Below, piece after piece: positions 7,431 through 14,989 of a DNA stretch of 26,417 nucleotides. The position numbers and the translations under genes are program-made. How positions within the stretch are numbered: the stretch's first letter is position 1; the number at the start of each line of letters is the position of its first letter. A model generated the notes under the pieces. That model saw only the letters and a list, made by a program, of their open reading frames with translations. It was not told the DNA's origin and did no database searches. Source of the DNA: a virus (taxonomy: Duplodnaviria > Caudoviricetes); IMG/VR virus record IMGVR_UViG_3300046450_001015, positions 1 through 26,417 of that record; one strand, 5' to 3'.

Positions 7431-9737
7431 TTATCCGCCGAACTGTTTGTGATTGTGATCTGCTACATGAATATGCGGCACACCTTTGGGGCCCTTATCA
7501 GTTTTTTTATGGGAGTGAGCTTGTGTTTTAATAACAGGCACAGGACCATTCTTTTCCGCATCTTGCCGGCGTTTGAGTTCTACGGCCCATTTTTTAGGAG
7601 AATACTTTTTCAATGTCCTATCAGCCTGAGATCTAGTCCCATCATCTTTTTTCGCCTTACCAGCAAACATACGATCAAACATTCTTTCATCTAAAACTGA
7701 TTCTGGCACGCCATAATTTTTGACATACATTTTTTCCAATTGGCGGCCGGATACATCTTTAAAAGATTTTGCAACGGTAAACGCATAGGAACCTAAAGAT
7801 TCTTTTTTACCTTTACTCGTCACCATTTTATGAAGCATCGTGAGAAGTTTATCGTTCATACGATCTTCTTTACTTTTATTTATATCATATTTTTCGTTTG
7901 CTTTTTCGATGCCTTTTTTGCGGTTCGCTAGTTTGCGTTTATGCCGGGCGCTACGTTTCTCGTAGTTTGGATTATTTGGATCTGCCTCGGACGCGGCCGA
8001 ATAACTATTCGCATATTTTTTCTCATTACCAGCGGCCCTTGTCGCTTTATCACTATATGCTTTTTTAGTTTTTGGTGAAAGTTCATCCAACCGTTTTGAT
8101 TCAAATTGGGTATAATTTGGTGCGGTCTTGGCGCTGGTTGCTATCTTATGTCCTGTCTTGTTCGCCCAACGTTTGATCTTCATCATACCTTTGGCAGTAT
8201 ACCACATGGCGCGAACGGCCTGTACTGACATTCTTCCTGCGACTGCGAATGCAACTAATGTTGCCATATCCGGTATTTGTCCAAACTCTGCAATTTCATT
8301 GACTTCACGTTTTCTAGGTTCGCTGCGATTATATTTCTGTGTCACGCTCGAAAGATTTTTTGGATCGTTGTTTAGTGGGTTTTTGTCTTTATGATGAATA
8401 TCTTTTCCATCACCACGTTCTGCCATTCCTTTTTTGATTGCAAGGCGTCTGGCACGACTTCTACCGGCGTTTCTTTCCATCTGTTCTGGTGTACCAAGAT
8501 AATTTTTACGCTCTTTCTTATAATCTCTTTCGGCCAAACTGTCCATAAATCCTTCGGGAAGTTGGTTAGTCATATCATTTTCCTCGTATTTAATTACTTT
8601 GTCAGGCGATGTGAAATTTTTCTTACGCATGATCGTTTTCAATACTACGTCAAATTCATCGTTGTTTCTATCGTATGTTACTGCGACCGGAATATTTAAA
8701 TCAGACTGAATGTCTTTCAATACCGCCTCGGCACCAGCAACACCCTTAATAGATTTGCCCTGTCTCTTATACATTTTCTTGATAAACTCTGCAAGTTCTT
8801 TCAATGTGATGCTTGGGTCGTTTCGACTGTCATCCATTCTGTCGCCAAAATGTCTAGTGAAATTAAAGTCAATATTATACTTTGCGAATAGTTTGTCTAC
8901 AACACTTTCAAATTTTTTGATTTGGTCTAAACCGATCAGTCCGTTTTGGGCAGACTCGCCTAAATTATGTTTTTTTCTAAATGCTGCCAAATCCGCATCA
9001 GATTTTTTTCTGGAGGATTTCGCCTTTGCGGCATCTTTAACTCTGTCGGACTGCGTTCTACCACCAGCCTTATCCAATACCTTTAAAAGTTTTTTTCTGG
9101 AAATAGATTCGTAAAATTCTTGCAAATCTTCGGGACCGGACTCAAGAAACGCCGACATTTCTTCAGAAAGATTCATACCCTTTCTAACTGCATCGAAAAC
9201 ACTCTGGCCACCCTTAAATCCAGCAGGCATACCCTTTGAAAAACTCTCGAAGTCGTTCGCAGCGGCCGCCAGTCGCATCTTGGATGCAGACATACCAGTG
9301 ACACCTTCTGCGTCTGGATCACGGGCCCCGGCGGACACTACTTTGACACCACTCTCGAAATTATAATACCCATGCTTACCTTCGACATCATTATACTTGT
9401 TTAAAATATTTGCAAACTCCGTAACTCTATCAGAACCAACAACCATAGTTACATCCCTATAACCTTTTGAGTATACGGTAGATAGTGTATCAAACGCATT
9501 TTTAACACCGACATCATACTGAATGACTTTTTTATGCTTGGGAAACATTGACTGCATAAATTTAGTTTTTTCTTTGTATGGTAGTGGATTTTTCTTGGGA
9601 TCGTTTGATTGACTCGAATAAACCATCGCATCCGCGTTTTCTTTCTTAGCGACTGCAACAACTTTTTTCAACAACACTTCGTGTCCTGTTGTTGGGGGAT
9701 TAAATCTACCAAAGGAAAATACAAGTTTATCTTTCAT
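7431..9737 (-). CDS. HIGH-family nucleotidyltransferase ('cytidylyltransferase') fused to further modules including an HNH domain
   Basis: FGRFNPPTTGH, VVGSDR, GMSASKMR in the first ~190 aa; FTRHFGDRM...VVLKTIMRK module; DIHHKDKNPLNNDPKNLSSVTQKYN HNH; acidic linkers (AFLE, NLGE, LPEGFMDSLAE, RLDE, ESVLDE). Confidence 0.8.
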   Translation of the reverse strand: MKDKLVFSFGRFNPPTTGHEVLLKKVVAVAKKENADAMVYSSQSNDPKKNPLPYKEKTKFMQSMFPKHKKVIQYDVGVKNAFDTLSTVYSKGYRDVTMVVGSDRVTEFANILNKYNDVEGKHGYYNFESGVKVVSAGARDPDAEGVTGMSASKMRLAAAANDFESFSKGMPAGFKGGQSVFDAVRKGMNLSEEMSAFLESGPEDLQEFYESISRKKLLKVLDKAGGRTQSDRVKDAAKAKSSRKKSDADLAAFRKKHNLGESAQNGLIGLDQIKKFESVVDKLFAKYNIDFNFTRHFGDRMDDSRNDPSITLKELAEFIKKMYKRQGKSIKGVAGAEAVLKDIQSDLNIPVAVTYDRNNDEFDVVLKTIMRKKNFTSPDKVIKYEENDMTNQLPEGFMDSLAERDYKKERKNYLGTPEQMERNAGRSRARRLAIKKGMAERGDGKDIHHKDKNPLNNDPKNLSSVTQKYNRSEPRKREVNEIAEFGQIPDMATLVAFAVAGRMSVQAVRAMWYTAKGMMKIKRWANKTGHKIATSAKTAPNYTQFESKRLDELSPKTKKAYSDKATRAAGNEKKYANSYSAASEADPNNPNYEKRSARHKRKLANRKKGIEKANEKYDINKSKEDRMNDKLLTMLHKMVTSKGKKESLGSYAFTVAKSFKDVSGRQLEKMYVKNYGVPESVLDERMFDRMFAGKAKKDDGTRSQADRTLKKYSPKKWAVELKRRQDAEKNGPVPVIKTQAHSHKKTDKGPKGVPHIHVADHNHKQFGG

Positions 9738-10117
9738 TAGTTTGCTCTCGTTATGTTTGTGATACGTTCTATCTGTTGATTGATAATCGCTTCACGGTTT
9801 GGCCAATAGATATATTCTTTATCTTTATTCTTCATAAGATTATTTAGTAATGGTAAAATCAACTCCTCAACTTCAGTGAGTTTGTTTCCGACCAAAACTT
9901 TTTCGTTCTCATAATATTCCTTGACTGTCGAAACTTCGTCTAACATATCGTCCAGTTTTCCAACCACATTATCCATCTTATATTCTAACAGTTTTACTTG
10001 CTCAGAAGAAGCGTCCAATTTCTCGGACACCTCTTCCGTTCTTTCTGTCTGTCCTGTGAGGCCCTTTAGATCGTCCTCGTCAACGGCGGTGAAACCGAAA
10101 TCTATATCAACACTCAT
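9737..10117 (-). CDS. Conserved hypothetical acidic coiled-coil protein
   Basis: 126 aa, DFGFTAVDED...ILPLLNNL...YIYWPNR; TAATG-coupled to the next gene. Confidence 0.7.
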   Translation of the reverse strand: MSVDIDFGFTAVDEDDLKGLTGQTERTEEVSEKLDASSEQVKLLEYKMDNVVGKLDDMLDEVSTVKEYYENEKVLVGNKLTEVEELILPLLNNLMKNKDKEYIYWPNREAIINQQIERITNITRAN

Positions 10118-10126
10118 TTCTATCCC

Positions 10127-10450
10127 TTACCACTTTTCCTTATCGGCCCAATATGCAGCGCTCATTTTACCTTTTGCAATATTCTTCCCATGGCGGGCTT
10201 TAAATGATTTGCGCTTTGCCTTCATTTTATCAGACTCGCCAGATTTTGGATCGCCGGCCGTTGATGCACCCTGTTCTCCAAATCTAATTGTTTTTACTTT
10301 ATCGCCCTGTTTGGCCACAACAATGTGTGATTTTTTCGGGTGGCTTGGGGTGCGTTTTGCTTTGTTGAATCCCTCAACACCCGCCCGTTTCAGACGTGGG
10401 TCTTTTTCCTTTTCCTCTAGGTATTCTCTAAACTCTTTAAATGTTTTCAT
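10127..10450 (-). CDS. Basic hypothetical protein with capsid-targeting-like leader
   Basis: Starts MKTFKEFREYLEE; body has VKTIRFG...RKSFKARH...SAAYWA, a pattern recalled from marine viral proteins. Confidence 0.75.
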   Translation of the reverse strand: MKTFKEFREYLEEKEKDPRLKRAGVEGFNKAKRTPSHPKKSHIVVAKQGDKVKTIRFGEQGASTAGDPKSGESDKMKAKRKSFKARHGKNIAKGKMSAAYWADKEKW

Positions 10451-10467
10451 ATTAAGTTCTCGATCTA

Positions 10468-11694
10468 TTAACCATACTCAGCCTTTATCGCATTAATTAT
10501 TTTAGCCTTGACTTTAGTGTTATTTCTAACCGCAAATTCCAATGCGAAATTTAAAATAACACCAATCATCTTACCCTCGAATCCCATACCAGAAATATCT
10601 TTTCCGTCTATAGGTAAATCTTTGATATTCTTTACCCTAAGAGAACTCAGAACGCTAGTCAAGGTTTTTTTACCTTTTGCCTCTAAGTATTTATCAATAA
10701 TTAATTTATCATTTTTTTGAGAAAATTTGACAAGCTCAACCATATCATCCATGATTTTATTTTCGTTTCGAATAAAATCAACAATACTCTGCACAGAATC
10801 CGCATCCTTGTTAGAAAGTTTTGCCACAGACTTCGAAACAGCGCGGGCCTTATCGCCATAATCAACCAACATAATACCCATAAAGGCAGCGAACGATTTT
10901 TTGTCCAATTCGTCAATAGTGTCTAAATCAATACTATTGAGTTTAGCGCTCGCAAAAATATTTTTCATCAGGCCAGACGAAAACATAATTTTAACACCAT
11001 GGCTAGGCGATTTAGATTTTGTGAATAATTTCTTAAACTCTTCTGTAAAGCGGTCGGCCGACACAGTGGCAATCGTCTTGGCCTGTTGCTGCATCTGTTT
11101 GAAGGTTTCGCGTTCGATTTTAAACTCAAACCGAGCAGCAAACTGTACTGCTCTCAACATACGCAACGGATCGTCAATAAACGATGTGGGACTAATCATA
11201 CGAATTTGTTTGTTCTTAATATCTTTCATACCCTTGCCGTCAGTGTCTACTATTTCACCAGTATCTACATCTTTCGCAAGTTGATTGATCCAGAAATCTC
11301 TACGCAACTGGTCCTGTTGTAAAGTGATACCCTTACCTAATTGCACTTCAAAGTCTTTGTGGCCTGCTCCCGTACTCTTAGAATCAATGCGCGGAACTGA
11401 TATGTCGATATCCTCATCCTCGGTCGATCCTGTAGGAACAAATTTAAGTATACCAAACGATTTACCAACCATATTGACTTTGCCAAACGGTTTCAAGATT
11501 TTTCCAAGATCGTCAAGTTCTACCCCAACTACCAGTAAATCTAAGTCTTTTGATATCTTACCCAACAATTCGTCGCGTACCACCCCACCGATTTGATATA
11601 TTTTACCACCGGAACGCTTGATAGCTTTCCGTACATGTGTAGACAGAAGGTCGTCGACCATGCTTTCATTTAAGTGTGATAGAAAACTTTTCAT
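10468..11694 (-). CDS. cca: Class II tRNA nucleotidyltransferase (CCA-adding enzyme family)
   Basis: GGVVRDELLG...DLDL, D-x-x-RRDFWINQLA, DDPLRMLRAVQFAARF, C-terminal LPIDGKDI..MGF.GKMIG; leader MKSFLSHLNE. Exact specificity (CCA, CC or A) not determinable. Confidence 0.88.
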   Translation of the reverse strand: MKSFLSHLNESMVDDLLSTHVRKAIKRSGGKIYQIGGVVRDELLGKISKDLDLLVVGVELDDLGKILKPFGKVNMVGKSFGILKFVPTGSTEDEDIDISVPRIDSKSTGAGHKDFEVQLGKGITLQQDQLRRDFWINQLAKDVDTGEIVDTDGKGMKDIKNKQIRMISPTSFIDDPLRMLRAVQFAARFEFKIERETFKQMQQQAKTIATVSADRFTEEFKKLFTKSKSPSHGVKIMFSSGLMKNIFASAKLNSIDLDTIDELDKKSFAAFMGIMLVDYGDKARAVSKSVAKLSNKDADSVQSIVDFIRNENKIMDDMVELVKFSQKNDKLIIDKYLEAKGKKTLTSVLSSLRVKNIKDLPIDGKDISGMGFEGKMIGVILNFALEFAVRNNTKVKAKIINAIKAEYG

Positions 11695-12257
11695 TTTGGC
11701 ACATATTCCTTGATTTTCTTTTCAATCGCTGAAATAATTTTGTTGTGGGTCTGACTTAAATAACGATCTTTTCTCAACCTGTTAATAGCCAACACGGTTT
11801 GCCCGGCATACTTCTTTTGAAATTCTGGGGGTCTTGTATCAATATCTTGTACGTTAGCAAGACGATCTGCAAGCTTAACTACTAATGCCCAACTCGACAT
11901 TTTAGCCATCTTATTTGCGATATATTCACCCTTACCGATTGCATCAGAGGCCTCTTTATCGGTAGTTAGTTCTTGTACCATGTCAGCCACAAGTGCGCCG
12001 AATTGTTTTACCAAATCATCATAAGTCGTATCAGTATCTTCAACAGTATCGTGAAGATATGCTGCCTGTATCAAGGCAGACAAATTATTAGATTTTTTAA
12101 ATTGTTTTACAAACCTAGCAACTTCTTTAGGGTGATTGATATATGGACCGCCACTTTTTCTGGTCTGACCCGAATGTGCTTTTGTGGCAGTTCTTAATGC
12201 CGTCAGTGCGCTCTCATTCATGCTAACTTCTGATGTGTATTGATAAAATGTTTTCAT
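11691..12257 (-). CDS. Small alarmone hydrolase-like HD protein (SpoT/Mesh1 family)
   Basis: AHSGQTRKSGGPYINHP, AAYLHDTVEDT, FGALVADMVQELT, VKLADRLAN; leader MKTFYQYTSE. Confidence 0.9.
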   Translation of the reverse strand: MKTFYQYTSEVSMNESALTALRTATKAHSGQTRKSGGPYINHPKEVARFVKQFKKSNNLSALIQAAYLHDTVEDTDTTYDDLVKQFGALVADMVQELTTDKEASDAIGKGEYIANKMAKMSSWALVVKLADRLANVQDIDTRPPEFQKKYAGQTVLAINRLRKDRYLSQTHNKIISAIEKKIKEYVPK

Positions 12258-13207
12258 ACAAATTTCTTTCTTTCAGCATTAGCAACATCTGCAATATGAT
12301 CCCGCAAAGCATAAAGATCCATAGAATGCCATGTCAGAAAAGGAATCTTACCAAGGGCCTTCTTAAAATCTTCATAATGATCGTCCACTTCACGATCAAA
12401 GACATGAACCAGATCTATTTTAAAGTCATTTACAATCAATTCGTCCCAATACCCCGGCTCACTACGATTGCGGTCTCCAAGATGACTAAATAACACTTTT
12501 TGTAAAATTTTAGAGTTTTTCTTATATGTCTTGTCTACACCGTCGAAATAATCTTTGATAAGATTTTTCAGTACAGATTTAGAATCGGAATGATTGGCAA
12601 ACATCTGGCCAAGGGCAATCCAAAACTCCATCATTTTATCTGGGTCGCGGTCTTTAAAATTATACTCAGCAATTTTTGTGTTGTATCTTTTCGACCATTG
12701 TTCTTGTGTAAAAGTCGATTTGTATTTTTTAGACAGATCAAATATCAGATTATTCATATCACTTTCTATAGTACCAAGATCTCCATCACCATCCAGAGAT
12801 TCTGTTGATTGTGATACTAGATTAAACAGAGCAGTCCATCTGCGGCCAGATTTGTCAGGTTTGCTCATAATATCCTCTGCAAAAGATCCCAAAACATTTG
12901 CATCAAGTTCAAAAATGACACCACCTCCACCTTGTATACCTGTTTTAAGTGCTGTCGCATTCATCGAAGTAAATGTAGATATTGATTTTTTACTACCTTG
13001 CAATTTTACAATCTTTTTCACATTCTCACCATATCCTGTCACATGAAAGACTTTGGTGCGAATTTGTTTCGGTTGTATTTTTTTCAATTGTGCATTAGAT
13101 AGAGGTATCCAAACACCATTCGCCATATTGGCGGCAGGCTTGAATAATTTTTCTGATAGACTACCCTGCCATTGAACTTCGGTTAGATACTGATAAAATG
13201 TTTTCAC
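12254..13207 (-). CDS. Hypothetical protein with capsid-targeting-like leader; paralog of 14018-14989; possible ART fold
   Basis: GTG start, MKTFYQYLTE; FHVT, ISTFTS, GGGVIFEL, DKSGRRW, WDELIV. Confidence 0.7.
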   Translation of the reverse strand: MKTFYQYLTEVQWQGSLSEKLFKPAANMANGVWIPLSNAQLKKIQPKQIRTKVFHVTGYGENVKKIVKLQGSKKSISTFTSMNATALKTGIQGGGGVIFELDANVLGSFAEDIMSKPDKSGRRWTALFNLVSQSTESLDGDGDLGTIESDMNNLIFDLSKKYKSTFTQEQWSKRYNTKIAEYNFKDRDPDKMMEFWIALGQMFANHSDSKSVLKNLIKDYFDGVDKTYKKNSKILQKVLFSHLGDRNRSEPGYWDELIVNDFKIDLVHVFDREVDDHYEDFKKALGKIPFLTWHSMDLYALRDHIADVANAERKKFV

Positions 13208-13208
13208 G

Positions 13209-13664
13209 TCACTTCCTCTTTAACACATATAACACCATAACATCGATGTCTATTTCTTCTACCTTGAAACCCATTTTAGATGCATATCGTTTTACCAATC
13301 TACTGTATAACTTTGATCTACTGTTTTCATCCGGATCATCGGGATCTTCTTTGTGGGCGCTGAAATTTACAAGATTTATTCTGGGGTGCTCTTCAATCCA
13401 AGAAGTCATGTGATTTATGACTGCGCCAAATATTTTCATTTGATTGCCCTTGGCCGTGGCTTTCATGGTGCCATCTACAGTGAATACTATATTTACCTCT
13501 GGGGCCTTGGGCGCAATATTATAAATCATTTCTATATTCTGTTTATCAATTTTACCGCGATATTTCTTTATATGTCCACCAGTGGAAGCTGGCCGGTCAT
13601 CGGTTTTAGTCCATTTGATTTTAGTATCAAATGCCTCTTCGATGTATTGATAGAAAGTTTTCAT
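13209..13664 (-). CDS. Hypothetical protein with capsid-targeting-like leader
   Basis: MKTFYQYIEEA; 151 aa in operon; KIFGAV...FSA...SRSKLY pattern. Confidence 0.72.
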   Translation of the reverse strand: MKTFYQYIEEAFDTKIKWTKTDDRPASTGGHIKKYRGKIDKQNIEMIYNIAPKAPEVNIVFTVDGTMKATAKGNQMKIFGAVINHMTSWIEEHPRINLVNFSAHKEDPDDPDENSRSKLYSRLVKRYASKMGFKVEEIDIDVMVLYVLKRK

Positions 13665-13673
13665 TTCTTTTTC

Positions 13674-14021
13674 CTACCAGTGTTGTGCGTTAGGATATTT
13701 TACAATAGCACGAATTGCGACTAAGGCCTTTTTTGCGACAGGGTCGCCTCTGTCATATAATACAACTTCTGTACCATTCACAAAATCAGACACATTTACA
13801 CCCTTACCTATTAGAGTCATTGTCCTATGCAAAAATTCATTATCATCATATGCGTACTCAAAACCCTCTTTGCCTCGGACTTCGACCCATTTACTGCCGG
13901 GCAGCTGCCGAATTCTTAGTATACCCATACTACCCTGTCTTATGTATGTCAGCGCATAAGATTCTTTCTTTTTGCGCTGATTTTTAGTGAGTTCTGTTAT
14001 AAATTGAACGAAGGTTTTCAT
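13674..14021 (-). CDS. Hypothetical protein with capsid-targeting-like leader
   Basis: MKTFVQFITEL; ATGA overlap with the upstream gene. Confidence 0.72.
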   Translation of the reverse strand: MKTFVQFITELTKNQRKKKESYALTYIRQGSMGILRIRQLPGSKWVEVRGKEGFEYAYDDNEFLHRTMTLIGKGVNVSDFVNGTEVVLYDRGDPVAKKALVAIRAIVKYPNAQHW

Positions 14022-14989
14022 TTGATTTTTCCCGAATTGTTTTTGATGTATTTTGTCAAATGGGCACTAGTGTCATGCCACTGAACATCCAATATTTTTT
14101 CCCATTTATCCCAGATTACGTTTTTTTCTTTCTCGGCATCACTGTCAAACAGCATATAGGGAAAATATTCGTGGTTGACGTGCATTTTTTTTATCTTGTA
14201 TTTATTGATAATTATTTCATCGTAACTGGAATACCTTCCCTCTACAAATTTTCTTTCCACGTTTCTAGTCAATGCTGCTTTGATTTTATTTGCATTCTTT
14301 TCATATGATTTGTTGCAAGTGTCGATATAACCCTTGATAATATGGGATAGGATTTTGCCAGCTTCTTTACCAATACCATAATCATCTTGAATAATGTCAG
14401 GAAGTTCTTTCCAATCCTCGCCCGTCTCGATCGCCTTTAAAGGTTTCAAAGGCCTTTTGGATCTTGGTATGCCGGGCGCAATCCCATACTCACTAATCAT
14501 TTTCTTGACAAATTTTTCTATATCTTTGGGCAGACTACCTAAGTCATTCAGAATCAAATCTTCAGCATCGCCCTCAAGAGCATAAGTACCAGCAGACAAC
14601 AAATCTGATAGCATTATCCACCGGCGGCCTGTTTTATCTACACCAGAACCTATATCTCTTTCAAAAGATCCTAATAAATCCGCTTCTAATTCAAAGACGT
14701 ATCCACCACCAGAGGCAACGCCTTTCATTAACCACGAATCTTTCATTGATAGAAATCCAGACAAACCGTGTTTTTTGTTTTGTCCTTTAATCATTCTATC
14801 AATGTTCTGACTACCAGTTACATGAAACGCTCGCACTCTAATAGGGTCTGGGGCGACTCTTTTAAAGTTTGCATTTCCCAATGGCATAGGAAAATACTCT
14901 ATGCGATCTGTCCTCACCAAATTGAAAATCTCTGTGGATAAACTTTGTTGTCCATACGCTTCTTCTATGTACTGATAAAATGTTTTCAT
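14018..14989 (-). CDS. Hypothetical protein with capsid-targeting-like leader; paralog of 12254-13207; possible ART fold
   Basis: MKTFYQYIEEA; FHVT, LSGFLS, GGGYVFEL, DKTGRRW, YDEIII; TAATG coupling. Confidence 0.7.
   Translation of the reverse strand: MKTFYQYIEEAYGQQSLSTEIFNLVRTDRIEYFPMPLGNANFKRVAPDPIRVRAFHVTGSQNIDRMIKGQNKKHGLSGFLSMKDSWLMKGVASGGGYVFELEADLLGSFERDIGSGVDKTGRRWIMLSDLLSAGTYALEGDAEDLILNDLGSLPKDIEKFVKKMISEYGIAPGIPRSKRPLKPLKAIETGEDWKELPDIIQDDYGIGKEAGKILSHIIKGYIDTCNKSYEKNANKIKAALTRNVERKFVEGRYSSYDEIIINKYKIKKMHVNHEYFPYMLFDSDAEKEKNVIWDKWEKILDVQWHDTSAHLTKYIKNNSGKIK

Noticed and set aside
8310-8530. HNH as part of an intein or group I intron
   Set aside because: The frame is continuous, no intein C/S...HN-C/S/T splice motifs were seen, and it does not interrupt the conserved catalytic domain.
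12230-14989. Recurring TGATAAAATGTTTTCA at gene starts as a CRISPR repeat, attC-like site or operator
   Set aside because: It is the coding sequence of the MKTFYQ leader; spacing is gene-sized and other copies vary at synonymous positions. A secondary role as a recombination joint is not excluded.
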